Assembly: GCA_965203465.1 (NCBI GenBank)
Contig: CBDBCR010000003.1
Span: 96,001-160,000 of the forward strand
Direction: 5' to 3'
Origin: Nitrosopumilaceae archaeon
GTDB lineage: Archaea > Thermoproteota > Nitrososphaeria > Nitrososphaerales > Nitrosopumilaceae
Length of the DNA stretch: 64,000 nt
A program made the translations under genes and the position numbers. Shown here in pieces: positions 8,336 to 18,102 of the stretch; position 1 is the first letter of the stretch, and the number at the start of each line of letters is the position of its first letter. Below the pieces are notes generated by a model that had not been told where the DNA came from, searched no databases, and was given only the letters and a program-made list of their open reading frames with translations.

Positions 8336-10530
8336 CGTCCTTGCTAAAGTTCACCCCGGAGGCGATGCCCGGCGCCGAGATCGAAGCTCTGCACGCGGGG
8401 CGCGCAGGCATTATCGACTCCGCGGTGGAAAGGATCCAGAGCCTCATCGCGTCGGGCGGCACCATGCACGTGATGCTCGTCGGCCGGCGCGGCTCCGGCA
8501 AGACACACACGCTGCAGATGATAAGGCACGGGCTAGGCGACAGGATCGTCCCGGCGGTCCTCGCGCAGGAAGAGTATTCGGTCTACACCGTCGACGGGTT
8601 TTTCGCCCGCGTGCTGGAATCCATAGGCGAGGGGTACGACGGGCCCGAAGTGACGTACCGCGCAAGGGACGTGCTGAAGAGGCTGCGGCAAGGGGGCAGG
8701 CCGGTGGTGGTGTTTGCCGAAAACCTCCAGGCGCTGTTCGCGCAGATGGAGCCGGATCTGGGCGAGCTTCGCGCCGTGATGCAGGAAGACGAAAGTTTCT
8801 TCATAGCCGGATCCGCGCTGGCGCCGTTTGTCCAGGTCACCTCGATGTCGGCGCCGTTTTACAATTTTTTCGAGATCAACAGGCTCGACGGGCTCGACCC
8901 GGCCGAGATCGGGGAGCTTGTCGGGAGGCGCTCGGGCCCCGACGTGACGGCGCCCGTCGGCGGGCTCAGCCCGGAGGGGCTGCGCGCCCTGACCGGCGGC
9001 AACCCGAGGCTCGTCCACGCGCTCTGCGACGAGGCGGACAGGAACCCGGGCGCGGATCTGGAGGACTGCATGGCCGCGATGCTGGACGGGATGACGCCCG
9101 AGTACCGGAGCGTGGCCGAGGCGATGCCGGCCGAGGTGCGCAAGATCTTCGACGCGATGGCCCTCGCCGACGGGCCGCTCACGCCCACCGAGATCGCCCT
9201 CAAGATGGGCACGAAGAACACCATAACGGCCGCCCAGATAAACAGGATGAAGAACGGCGGGCTCGTAGAGCCGGTGAAGTTCGGGAGAAAGAAAGAGACG
9301 CGGTACCAGATAACCGAGTGGATGTACCCCATGTGGAGGGAGTTCAGGCGCGGCGGAAGATCGGCGAGACTCCGGGCGTTCGCCGACTTGCTCAAGGCGC
9401 TGCATTCCGAAGAAAGGGGCGGGCCGGCAGACCCCATGCTGGCCATGGCGCGCGCCTCCGGAGTTCTCGCGGCCGAAAAGCACGGCGCGCCGGACTGGGG
9501 GCCGCGGCTGCCGGCCGAAGGCTGGAAAAAGATCGCAAGGCGGCAAAAGAGCGGGGCGCTGCGGCTGTGCGCCGAGATCGCGGCGGCCGACGCCAAGCTG
9601 CGCGCCTGCGGCCGGGACGGGCGCGAGTTTGCAGACTATGCGCTACGCGACAAGGCGAGGCATCTCGAAGGGGCCGTCGCCGCCGCGCGCATCCCCCGCA
9701 CCAAAGAGGCGCATTCGCTGCTTGGCCTGGCCGCCCGCACGGCTTCCGAACTCGGCATGTGGCAGGCGGCCGAAAAAGCCGTCGGCGCGGCGCGCGCGTG
9801 CGCCAAGGCGCACTGCCACGGATGCGCCGTCCTGGGCGCGCTGGCCAGCGCGCAGACGGGCAGGTACGAAAGGGCCGCAGCCGCCCTCGGCTCGGCGCTG
9901 CGCGGCCCCGCGAGGGGGGCCCGCGGGGAATCCGAGCTCTTTGCGTACAAGATCCACATGCACGCCAGGATGGGGGAGCGCGTGGACGTGGGGGCCGACT
10001 CCGCGCGCATGCTCGAGCGCGGCGCGGCGAGCCTGCCCGACGCCATGTTCGCCCATTTCGAGATGGCAAGGTACGACGAGGCGCTGGAGATCATGCGGCA
10101 GCACGCCCCCCGCCTGGGGCGGCTTGCGCCGGGCGAGCGCAGGGCCGCAGCCGCCGGCGCCCTGACCAAGACGGCCATCCACGTCATGCGCAGGCGCCCC
10201 GACGAGTACGAGGCCAAGGCCATGTCGGCGTGCCTCGGGACGCTAGAGCCGTTCGTCTGGCCTGGCGCGTTCGGGCCCGCCGCGGCGATCCTGGCCGGCT
10301 GCGGCATCGATCCGATGCGCGCCGCCGCGAGCGTGTTTTCCGGCGCGTTCGGGGACGGGCGGATGGGCGCCTTCGAGGTGATAAGATGCGCCGCCCGATA
10401 CGCGGACACGCAGGACGCCTCCCTGTTCGAGAGGCTCGGCCAGGAGCAGAGGATCCTGGCGTTTTCCGTGGTGCGCAAGATCGCCCCCTCTGCGGAGATT
10501 CCCCGGCACGTGCTCGATTCGGCCCCGTGA
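8332..10530 (+). CDS. STAND-like ATPase with winged-helix domain and helical (TPR-like) C-terminus
   Basis: TTG start overlaps the upstream TGA; Walker A GRRGSGKTH, altered Walker B VVFAENL, GGNPRL, wHTH (LTPTEIA..AQINRMKNGGLVE), Ala-rich helical tail. Confidence 0.8.
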   Translation: MTSLLKFTPEAMPGAEIEALHAGRAGIIDSAVERIQSLIASGGTMHVMLVGRRGSGKTHTLQMIRHGLGDRIVPAVLAQEEYSVYTVDGFFARVLESIGEGYDGPEVTYRARDVLKRLRQGGRPVVVFAENLQALFAQMEPDLGELRAVMQEDESFFIAGSALAPFVQVTSMSAPFYNFFEINRLDGLDPAEIGELVGRRSGPDVTAPVGGLSPEGLRALTGGNPRLVHALCDEADRNPGADLEDCMAAMLDGMTPEYRSVAEAMPAEVRKIFDAMALADGPLTPTEIALKMGTKNTITAAQINRMKNGGLVEPVKFGRKKETRYQITEWMYPMWREFRRGGRSARLRAFADLLKALHSEERGGPADPMLAMARASGVLAAEKHGAPDWGPRLPAEGWKKIARRQKSGALRLCAEIAAADAKLRACGRDGREFADYALRDKARHLEGAVAAARIPRTKEAHSLLGLAARTASELGMWQAAEKAVGAARACAKAHCHGCAVLGALASAQTGRYERAAAALGSALRGPARGARGESELFAYKIHMHARMGERVDVGADSARMLERGAASLPDAMFAHFEMARYDEALEIMRQHAPRLGRLAPGERRAAAAGALTKTAIHVMRRRPDEYEAKAMSACLGTLEPFVWPGAFGPAAAILAGCGIDPMRAAASVFSGAFGDGRMGAFEVIRCAARYADTQDASLFERLGQEQRILAFSVVRKIAPSAEIPRHVLDSAP

Positions 10531-10640
10531 CGGCCGGCTCAACACCCGTTTGGTTCGGGCCCGCGCGCGGGCCCGCGGGCGTACGCCCGTAAAGATCCGG
10601 CAGGATCCGGGTTAAATGCCGCCGGCCCCACAGTGGCGCC

Positions 10641-11003
10641 ATGGCGATGCAGGCCCTGCAGGGCATGGACGGCGAGAGGGCCGAAAGGGCGCTCCGGATG
10701 CTCTACTCTTCCAGGAAGAACGAGTTCAAGGACCTGGCAGAGACGGTCATGCACGTCGATCCGGTCGCGAGCAGGATAGCCGGCTGGGAAAAGTTCGTGC
10801 TCAACTTTTGCATGGACGTCAGTTCCCAGTTTGGCGCCTGGAGCGGGAGGGGCGCGCTGGTCCAAAACTCTGACCTAAAGGCTCTCACGCTGCTGCGGCA
10901 GCTGGCCGGCGGCAAGACGTCGATGAACAGCATGACGCGCCAGCTCAACACGGCCTACGACCTGGCCGAAGAGTTCAAGGTCATATACAGCAGGATAGAC
11001 TAG
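10641..11003 (+). CDS. Hypothetical protein
   Basis: 120-aa ORF with good codon pattern and TTAAA upstream. Confidence 0.7.
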   Translation: MAMQALQGMDGERAERALRMLYSSRKNEFKDLAETVMHVDPVASRIAGWEKFVLNFCMDVSSQFGAWSGRGALVQNSDLKALTLLRQLAGGKTSMNSMTRQLNTAYDLAEEFKVIYSRID

Positions 11004-12835
11004 CTGCCCGACAGGTAGTACCCCGAGCCGAATATGTAGCCGCCGCTCATCGACAGCCACGACCTTTTGAGCTGCTCTGTGTCGGTCGCCGGGTTCATGA
11101 ACGTGTACTCGGCCCAGGCGCCGCCGTCCCTCACGTCCTGCAGGATCTGCGCGTAGGGCCTGTCCGCCTGCATCAAGGGGGTCGAGACGGCGCCGACCCT
11201 GTCGGGGTACGCGCCGTGCGCGAGCACCATCGGCTCGTCGCTGCCGTCCAGCACGAAGACGTACGGCTTTGACGGATCGTACCCTTCGGCCGACGCGGTT
11301 ATCGAATCCAGGGCCGAATCGCCGTGCGCCTGGAACAGGGCTATCGCCTCGGAGACGGCGCGCTTTACGGCCTGCGACTCGCTTTCCGTATAGTAGCCGG
11401 ATCCGAATATGTAGCCATCGCGCATGACCATCCACGACTTTTTGGACTGCTCCAGGCCGGTGGCCGGGTTCTCAAAGACGTACTCTGCCCAGGCGCCCTC
11501 GCCGCCGCGCAGCTCGTCGAGTATCTGGGACCACGGCCTGTCGGCCTCGAGCAGCGGCCCGGCCTCGGTGCCTACCCTGTCGGGGAACGCGCCGTGCGCC
11601 AGTATCGTCGGGCGGTCGTCGAGCACGAAGACGTACGGCGCCGAGGCGTCGTAGTCGCGGGCAGAGGCCGTGATGGCCGCGAGTGCCGCCTCTCCGGACT
11701 CGTCGTACATGGCCAGGGCCTCCGAGACCGCGTCCGTGGCGGCCGCCTCCCATCCGGCCGAGCCCACATAGTATCCGGAGCCGAAGACGTAATCGCCGCG
11801 CAGCACCATCCACGACTTTTTGGACTGCTCGCTGCCCGTGGCCGGGTTGGGAAAGACGTACTCTACCCAGGTGCTGCCCTCGGAGTTGAGATCCTCCATG
11901 ATTTCAGAGTAGGGGCGCTCGGCCGTAGTCAGGCTCCTGGACACGGCCCCGACCCTCTCGGGCAGAGCGCCGTGCGCCGCCACCACGGGCGGCTCTAGCA
12001 GCTCGAGCACGAATACGTACGGCTCTGAAGAATCGTAATTTTCGGCCGAAGCCGTGATTGCGTCGAGGGCCGCATCTCCGGACTCGTCGTACATGGCGAG
12101 CGCCTCCGAGACTGCAGACTTTACGGCCTGCGCGCCAGTCTCCGCATAGTATCCCGAGCCGAAGACGTAATCGGCCCTCATGACCAGCCACGACTTTTTG
12201 GACTGCTCGCTGCCCGTGGCCGGGTTCTCGAACGTGTATTCCACCCACGCGCCCTCCGACGAGCTTATCTCCTCCAGTATCTGCGCGTACGGCCTGTCCG
12301 CCTGCAGCAGCGGCGTGGCCTCGGTGCCTACCCTCTCTGGCAGAGCGCCGTGGGCCAGGACCGTCGGGTTGGTGCCGCTGTCCAGCACAAAGACGTACGG
12401 CTCTGAAGAATCGTAATTTTTGGCCGAAGCCGTGATTGCGTCGAGGGCCGCATCTCCGGACTCGTCGTACATGGCGAGCGCCTCCGAGACTGCAGACTTT
12501 ACGGCCTCGGCACCAAAGCCCGGAGCGTCCTTTGCGTAATCTTTTGTCCGCTCGGCATCGCGCGGGTACGCCGCCGTCTCGGCAGGCGCCATCATCCCTG
12601 CCGGCGCCTCTACGGCCCAGCCCCTCTCGATCAGCGCCTTGCCGGTCCCGTCGCTTACGCACGCAGGCGCCATGTCGGCGGCCTTTAGGACCAAGACCAT
12701 GCCCTCTTGGCACCGTATCGGGGCGTCGGGATCCGCGGCGTACTGGGCGAGCGGCGACATCGGGCCGGCCGCGGCCTCGCCGCCGTACGCGGCGCCCGCC
12801 GCCAAGACTGCAAGTACAGCAAGCCGAGCCAGCAT
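11000..12835 (-). CDS. Secreted protein with four tandem single-Cache (sCache_2-like) domains
   Basis: Signal peptide, SPLAQ..C..ACV..RGW module, then four units of AVSEALAMY..PYVFVLD..LAHGA.P.RVG..WxEYxFxNPATG.EQxKxSW..YxFGSGYY. Confidence 0.85.
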   Translation of the reverse strand: MLARLAVLAVLAAGAAYGGEAAAGPMSPLAQYAADPDAPIRCQEGMVLVLKAADMAPACVSDGTGKALIERGWAVEAPAGMMAPAETAAYPRDAERTKDYAKDAPGFGAEAVKSAVSEALAMYDESGDAALDAITASAKNYDSSEPYVFVLDSGTNPTVLAHGALPERVGTEATPLLQADRPYAQILEEISSSEGAWVEYTFENPATGSEQSKKSWLVMRADYVFGSGYYAETGAQAVKSAVSEALAMYDESGDAALDAITASAENYDSSEPYVFVLELLEPPVVAAHGALPERVGAVSRSLTTAERPYSEIMEDLNSEGSTWVEYVFPNPATGSEQSKKSWMVLRGDYVFGSGYYVGSAGWEAAATDAVSEALAMYDESGEAALAAITASARDYDASAPYVFVLDDRPTILAHGAFPDRVGTEAGPLLEADRPWSQILDELRGGEGAWAEYVFENPATGLEQSKKSWMVMRDGYIFGSGYYTESESQAVKRAVSEAIALFQAHGDSALDSITASAEGYDPSKPYVFVLDGSDEPMVLAHGAYPDRVGAVSTPLMQADRPYAQILQDVRDGGAWAEYTFMNPATDTEQLKRSWLSMSGGYIFGSGYYLSGS

Positions 12836-12955
12836 GGGGGCGCCCCCAGGCCCGATTATATAACTCTAGTTTTGGCACTAGCGCGCCGGATCCCGGGCGC
12901 CCGGCGGACTAGGCAGGGCGAACCAATATAGTCGCGCGCCGGCTCTGCTGCCCGG

Positions 12956-13603
12956 TTGCAGAACTGGATCTTTGACCTGCGCTCGCGCCCGTTCGTGCTG
13001 CTGATCGCCGCCGCGGTCGTCTGGACCGCCCTGGTGTATTACGGGGCCACCGATGGCATCGACGGGCAGGCGTACGCGTTCGCGTCGGCCTCGGCCGGCT
13101 CGGCGACGGCCATGGCGTACGTGACCGAGGCCGGCGACGCGGTCAACCTGCTGGTGCTCGCAGCGGCGCTCTTTGTGTGGCGCAGGACGCGGCGCGTCGG
13201 CATATCGCTGATGATAGCTTTGGTGGTGGTGACGCTGGCCACGGGGTACGTCAAATGCGGGGTGGACAGGGACAGGCCCGAGGCCCCCCACGAGCCGGAG
13301 ATAGGCATCCCCGTGAGCCAGGACACGTTCGCGCTCTTTTGCGAGGGCGGGCCGCGCGCCTCGTACCCGTCGGGGCACGCCGCGCGCGCGGCCGCGTTCG
13401 CCGTGATACTGGGGTTCGCGCTTTCGTCTAGGTTCCCGCTCGGCTCGTACCTGATACTGGCGTACCCTCTGGCGGTCGGGGTGAGCCGCGTGGCCCTGCT
13501 GGAGCACTATCCGTCCGACGTGGCAGGCGGCCTGATCATAGGCGTGGCCGTGGCCGGCGCGCTCGCAAGAAAGACGAAACTGGACGCTATCGCTCGGCCC
13601 TGA
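12956..13603 (+). CDS. PAP2-family membrane phosphatase
   Basis: K..V.RDRP, SYPSGH and SRVALLEHYPSDV motifs; hydrophobic helices. Confidence 0.85.
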   Translation: MQNWIFDLRSRPFVLLIAAAVVWTALVYYGATDGIDGQAYAFASASAGSATAMAYVTEAGDAVNLLVLAAALFVWRRTRRVGISLMIALVVVTLATGYVKCGVDRDRPEAPHEPEIGIPVSQDTFALFCEGGPRASYPSGHAARAAAFAVILGFALSSRFPLGSYLILAYPLAVGVSRVALLEHYPSDVAGGLIIGVAVAGALARKTKLDAIARP

Positions 13604-13880
13604 CCATCACGATGGCGTACCGCTCGTCGTCGTGGTGGTACGTCCAGTACCTTATGCTGCGGCGGGCCCCGGCCTTGCGCAGCCCGTAATTCACCGACGT
13701 GGTCAGCGTGTACCCTATCCTGCGCGCCGCTTTCTTGTCGGCCTTTGGGAATATCACCCGGAACCCGCGGCCGCCGAAGCCGAGCCGGACGATCTCGTCT
13801 GCCGCCTCCGAGGCGCCGGCCTCGTCCGAGACCCGGAACTCCCGCGAGACTGGGATCTTTGACGGGTGCTCTTCTGCCAT
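13587..13880 (-). CDS. Hypothetical protein
   Basis: 97-aa ORF with an upstream TATA-like element. Confidence 0.65.
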   Translation of the reverse strand: MAEEHPSKIPVSREFRVSDEAGASEAADEIVRLGFGGRGFRVIFPKADKKAARRIGYTLTTSVNYGLRKAGARRSIRYWTYHHDDERYAIVMVRAER

Positions 13881-14270
13881 GCGGGCCCCGCCCCGCGGCC
13901 GGCCTATATCTGAATCGGCTGATCGCGATCCGCGGGCCGCCGAAAGCCAAGCCCCCTAGGCGCGCGGAAAGCTGCCGGCAGACGGGATACTGGGAAAACG
14001 GCGGCTCCGGCCCCGGATTCCGGGCGCGGGCCGCTCTTCGAGATCGTGCTGGACGGCGGCGCGCTCCGGCCCGTGGAGCCGCCCGAGCCGTCCCCAGCCA
14101 TGCACCGGTCGGGCGCCCGGATCGGCCCGAAAATGCCGCCGCGGCCGGCGCCTGCCGAGCCGGCGCGTGGCGGCGGGCCGGTACAGGCGAGCCCCGCGCC
14201 CTCCCAGAATCGGAAGCGGCGGATCCGGCCGCTCAGATAACCTTAACAAGCTCGCGGATCACTGTAAGGC

Positions 14271-14939
14271 GTGGCGAAAAAAGCGTCGGTCAGATCGCTG
14301 AGGGCCGCCCAAAAGAGGGCCGCCGGGGATCACCGCCGCGCGATGTCCGCGCTCGCCTCGGCCGATCGCCGCATCGCGCAGGGGAGGGAAAAGATCGGCG
14401 AGGCCGACGGCCGCCTGTACCACGCGCGCGCCCGCATCGAGAGCGTCGAGAGGCTGATCGCCCGCGCCAAGGAAAAGATGGCGCGCGCGAAAAAGGACGC
14501 GCGCGGGGGCGAGGCCGAGGAGATCGGCGGCGAGATGAGGATGCGCAGAAAGATGCTCAGAAAGATGGGCCGCGAAATGGCCCTCTTGGAGGACGAGCGC
14601 TCGCGCGCCGCAAAGTCGATCAAAAATGCGAGATCGGCCAGGCCGTCCAAGAAAGAGGCGGCAAAGAGCGCCGCGGCCGCGGCGGAAAAGGCGTCCCGCC
14701 TCTTGGAGCGCGCCGAGGCCGCCGCCCGGAAGGCGGCCCGCAAAAAGCCGGCGGCTACCAGAAAGCCGGCGCGCAAAAAGTCCACAAAGTCCGTCCGCGG
14801 TAAGGCCGCCGCGCGCAAGGCGGCGCCCGGGAAACCGGCGCGCAAAAAGTCCGTCCGCGGCAAGGCGGGCCGCGCGGGGGCGAAAGCGCGCGCGGGGGCG
14901 CGCGGGAAGACTGCAAAAAAGCGCCGTGTTGCGGCCTAG
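14271..14939 (+). CDS. Coiled-coil protein with a Lys/Ala/Arg-rich histone-H1-like tail
   Basis: Heptad-like N-terminal half; tail with repeated (P/A)ARKK and KSVRGKA. Confidence 0.65.
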   Translation: MAKKASVRSLRAAQKRAAGDHRRAMSALASADRRIAQGREKIGEADGRLYHARARIESVERLIARAKEKMARAKKDARGGEAEEIGGEMRMRRKMLRKMGREMALLEDERSRAAKSIKNARSARPSKKEAAKSAAAAAEKASRLLERAEAAARKAARKKPAATRKPARKKSTKSVRGKAAARKAAPGKPARKKSVRGKAGRAGAKARAGARGKTAKKRRVAA

Positions 14940-15238
14940 GATTCTTTTGTCAGGTTTTCCATCTTGCCGTACTTGCCCTTGCTCAGCTGCACCTCTCCCT
15001 TGAAGGTGTTGGTGTAGCCGTTGGTGATCTTTACCCTGTCGTTCTCGGAGTAGTTGTTGGCGTCCTCGGCCCACAGCGTGAGTTTTATCTCGCCGCTGTC
15101 GTCCTTTAGGTACGCGTCGCACACGTCGATGGTGCCGCCTGACTTTGTGTTCACGTTGCGGACCTCGCCTTTCTTGGTGATGTTCCCCTCGACGTCGATC
15201 CCGCTGCGCATGTTCTTGGCGTCTGCTATGCTGACCAT
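14936..15238 (-). CDS. ssb: Single-stranded DNA-binding protein (single OB fold)
   Basis: DDSGEIKLTLW, VKITNGYTNTFKGEVQLSKGKYG. Confidence 0.85.
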   Translation of the reverse strand: MVSIADAKNMRSGIDVEGNITKKGEVRNVNTKSGGTIDVCDAYLKDDSGEIKLTLWAEDANNYSENDRVKITNGYTNTFKGEVQLSKGKYGKMENLTKES

Positions 15239-15303
15239 GCGCACGGCCCCCGTTCCGGTGATTATAAACCTATTCTGGAGGGCCGGAGATCCGCGGCGGG
15301 CGC

Positions 15304-15648
15304 CTAGACGGGCAGGCGCACCTTGCCCCTGTACTCGGCCACGCCGTCGCCGGCCAGCTTTTCCTGCAGCAGGGCCCGGCCGGACGGCTCTATCCCCTGC
15401 GCTATGCTCTTGGAGTAGCCCTGCGAATCGACCAGCGCCAGTATGTGGCCGCTGGTGTCGGTCAGCACGAAACCGGACGACTCGTCTACGAACGCAAAGA
15501 GCGTCTCTTCGCCGACCGGCTCGAGCGGTTCCGAGCCGGTGCGCAGGGCAAGGGCCGGCATGGCCTTGTCGCCGACCAGCGTCGCCAGGTACTGCCTCGC
15601 CGAGGCCACCCTCTTCTGCCCCGCCCTCAGCGCCGCAAAGTACTGCAC
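15304..15648 (-). CDS. Hypothetical protein
   Basis: 114-aa ORF with TTTTAT upstream. Confidence 0.65.
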   Translation of the reverse strand: MQYFAALRAGQKRVASARQYLATLVGDKAMPALALRTGSEPLEPVGEETLFAFVDESSGFVLTDTSGHILALVDSQGYSKSIAQGIEPSGRALLQEKLAGDGVAEYRGKVRLPV

Positions 15649-15678
15649 GGCCGCCGCGTCCGCGGTCCCAATAAAACC

Positions 15679-15900
15679 CTAGGCCCCAAGCTCGTCGAGG
15701 ATCTTTTTGATGTCGCCGGCGTTGGAGGCGCGCTCGGCCTCTATTTCCCGCATGCGGACGGGGTCGCGCCGGCCGGTGGCAAGCTGGAGGTACTCGGCGT
15801 CAAGGTCGCTGTTGGCCTGCATCTTTTTTACCACCTCGAGCAGCAGCCCTATGACCTGCGCCCGGGCTTCGGCCAGCTCGCGATCGTCCACGCGCGGCAA
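15679..15900 (-). CDS. Small helical hypothetical protein
   Basis: 73-aa amphipathic ORF downstream of the HD gene. Confidence 0.55.
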   Translation of the reverse strand: MPRVDDRELAEARAQVIGLLLEVVKKMQANSDLDAEYLQLATGRRDPVRMREIEAERASNAGDIKKILDELGA

Positions 15901-16411
15901 GCTCGGCCTCGGCTAATATCTCTTGCAGGGCGGGATCGCGCACGGCGGAGCGCGCCGACTCCAGAAACGGCCCCACGTCCAGGCCCGGGCGCGCGTACTC
16001 CGAGGCCTGGACCGCCATGTCCAGCTTGTCGGCCTCGCGCACAAGCTCCGCTTCCCTGCACGTGCGGCGCGCGTACCCGTCCCAGGCCTCGGCGCACAGG
16101 CGGGCCGCGCGCGGGGGCAGGTGCGCCAGTATCTTTTCGACGGCGGCGCCCTCCGCCCGGCGCTTTTGGCCGGCCGGCACCGAGCCGGGCACCAGGTCGC
16201 CGGTCTCGGATTCGGCCAGGTCGTGCAGCAGCGCCATGCGCAGCGCCAGGGCCGTGTCGAGGCCCTCCTCGTCGGAGCGCGCCATGACGAGCATGGCCGT
16301 GGCGTACGAGTGATCGGCCACCGACTCTGGGCTCTCCATGCCGAGCTTTTCGACCCAGCCGGCGCGGCGCACGCCCTTGAGCCTGGCCGCTGCCAGCGCA
16401 AAGCCGAACAC
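15800..16411 (-). CDS. HD-domain phosphohydrolase (YfbR/HDDC2-like)
   Basis: LKGVRRAGW, ESVADHSY, LLHDLAES and ADKLDM motifs; the C-terminal overlap with the next ORF may be an artefact. Confidence 0.85.
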   Translation of the reverse strand: MFGFALAAARLKGVRRAGWVEKLGMESPESVADHSYATAMLVMARSDEEGLDTALALRMALLHDLAESETGDLVPGSVPAGQKRRAEGAAVEKILAHLPPRAARLCAEAWDGYARRTCREAELVREADKLDMAVQASEYARPGLDVGPFLESARSAVRDPALQEILAEAELAARGRSRAGRSPGAGHRAAARGGKKDAGQQRP

Positions 16412-16468
16412 GGCAAGGCGCCCCCGCCCCAGCTATAACTATTATGCGGGCAAGGCGGGGGCGCGCCC

Positions 16469-16993
16469 GTGCCCATATACACCAGGACCGGCGACGACGG
16501 GACGACGGGCCTGCGCGGCGGCTCCCGCGCCTCAAAGGCCGATCCGCGCGTGGCCGCGTACGGCGCCGTAGACGAGGCCAACGCGCAGGTGGGCCTCGCG
16601 AGGGCCGCCTCGGGCGGCCGCGCCTCGCAGGTGCTGCTGCGCGTGCAGGACGGCCTGTTCAGGGTGGGCGCGGACCTGTCCGATCCGTCGTGCTCCGAGC
16701 CGATGGTAAAAGAGGGCATGGCAGAAGAGCTGGAAGAGGCCATAGACGGCTACGAATCCGGCCTGCCGCCGCTCTCCAAGTTCGTGCTGCCCGGCGGCAC
16801 CGAGCTTGCCGCCAGGCTGCACGCGGCGAGGGCTTCTGTGCGCAGGGCCGAATCCGCGTCGACCGGCATCGGCGCGCCGCCGGCCTGCATAATGTACCTC
16901 AACAGGCTCTCTGACCTGCTCTTCGTCATGGCTCGCGATGCCAACCGGGAGCGCGGCGACGTCGAATGGGGCGGGCGCACGGTTTTTACCTAG
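16469..16993 (+). CDS. ATP:cob(I)alamin adenosyltransferase, PduO type
   Basis: IYTRTGDDGTT, YGAVDEAN, FVLPGG, RRAE and YLNRLSDLLF. Confidence 0.9.
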   Translation: MPIYTRTGDDGTTGLRGGSRASKADPRVAAYGAVDEANAQVGLARAASGGRASQVLLRVQDGLFRVGADLSDPSCSEPMVKEGMAEELEEAIDGYESGLPPLSKFVLPGGTELAARLHAARASVRRAESASTGIGAPPACIMYLNRLSDLLFVMARDANRERGDVEWGGRTVFT

Positions 16994-17014
16994 GATCCGG
17001 GGGTCGGCCGGCGT

Positions 17015-17088
17015 GCCAGGGTAGCTCAGCCCGGAAGAGCACTCGGCTGAAGACCGAGCTGTCGCGCGTTCAAATCCCGCCCCTGGCA
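17015..17088 (+). tRNA. tRNA-Phe (GAA)
   Basis: GCCAGGG/CCCTGGC acceptor stem, CTCGG-CTGAAGA-CCGAG anticodon arm, GTTCAAATC T-loop. Confidence 0.95.
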
Positions 17089-17154
17089 CGCCACCCATGC
17101 GCGCCCGCGGGGGGCCTTCGCCATTTTTTTATACGGAGGCGGGCGGGGCGGGCC

Positions 17155-18099
17155 GTGTTCGAAAAGATAGAGCCGGCGTACCTGTCCGAGGGCGGCTGCA
17201 GGCTGGTCTGGAAGGGGGCAGACGAGGACGACAAGGACGTAGTGCTGCTCAACGCCGCCGAGCTTGCCTCGCTGGTCGAGATACTCTCAAAGAACGCGGT
17301 CGGCCAGGTGCGGCTCGAAGACCAGATAAGCGAGATAATCATAAATTCGGACGTAGTCCAGTTCTACCTCGGCGAGAGGAGCGCCCTGGAGGCGGACTTT
17401 GCCTCCTTTAGGGACAAGGTGCTAGAGTACGCCCGCGTGCCGCGCGCGCCCCCGCCGCTCAAGTCAAAGTCCAAGGAGTTCTACCCCTCGTCGCCGGGCC
17501 CGGGCGCGCCCCGGGGGGCAAAGCCGGGCGCCCCAAAGGCCTCGCTCCTCCAGGCGATACTGGGCGGCCCGGCCGAGACGGTCTCTGAATCCAACATATT
17601 CCGAGTGTTCTCCACGCGCAGGACCACCCGGCGCTTCCAGAAGCGCAAGGTCGAGGACTGGAAGGTGGACAAGATACTCGCCGCCGCCGATACGGCCCCC
17701 ACGGCGGGCAACTTTCAGGGCTTCGAGGTGTTTTACGTAAAGAGCCCCGCCCTCAAGGAGGCACTCGTCGAGGCCGCCAACAGGCAGCCGTACGTCGACG
17801 CGCCCGTCGTGCTGGTCTTTTGCACCAACCCGTCGCGCGTAAAGATGAAGTTCAGGGACGACGTACTGGCAAAGTTCTCCCTGCAGGACGCCACGCTGGC
17901 CGCCGCCTACTCTCAGCTGGCGGCCTCGGCGCTGGGCCTCAGCTCCATATGGATAGGCATGATAGACGAAGAAAAGGTGAAAAAAGCGGTCGGCACGGAC
18001 CTGAGGCCGTCGTCGATACTGTGCGTGGGGTATCCCCCGTTGAGGCGGCCCCCCAAGTCCAGGCGCAACCTCAAGGATCTGATACACGTGATAGAGTAG
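17155..18099 (+). CDS. Nitroreductase-family protein with an extra N-terminal domain
   Basis: RRTTRRF, APTAGNFQ, LGLSSIWIG, LCVGYP; about 100-aa N-terminal extension and a Pro-rich linker. Confidence 0.85.
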   Translation: MFEKIEPAYLSEGGCRLVWKGADEDDKDVVLLNAAELASLVEILSKNAVGQVRLEDQISEIIINSDVVQFYLGERSALEADFASFRDKVLEYARVPRAPPPLKSKSKEFYPSSPGPGAPRGAKPGAPKASLLQAILGGPAETVSESNIFRVFSTRRTTRRFQKRKVEDWKVDKILAAADTAPTAGNFQGFEVFYVKSPALKEALVEAANRQPYVDAPVVLVFCTNPSRVKMKFRDDVLAKFSLQDATLAAAYSQLAASALGLSSIWIGMIDEEKVKKAVGTDLRPSSILCVGYPPLRRPPKSRRNLKDLIHVIE

Positions 18100-18102
18100 G
18101 GG

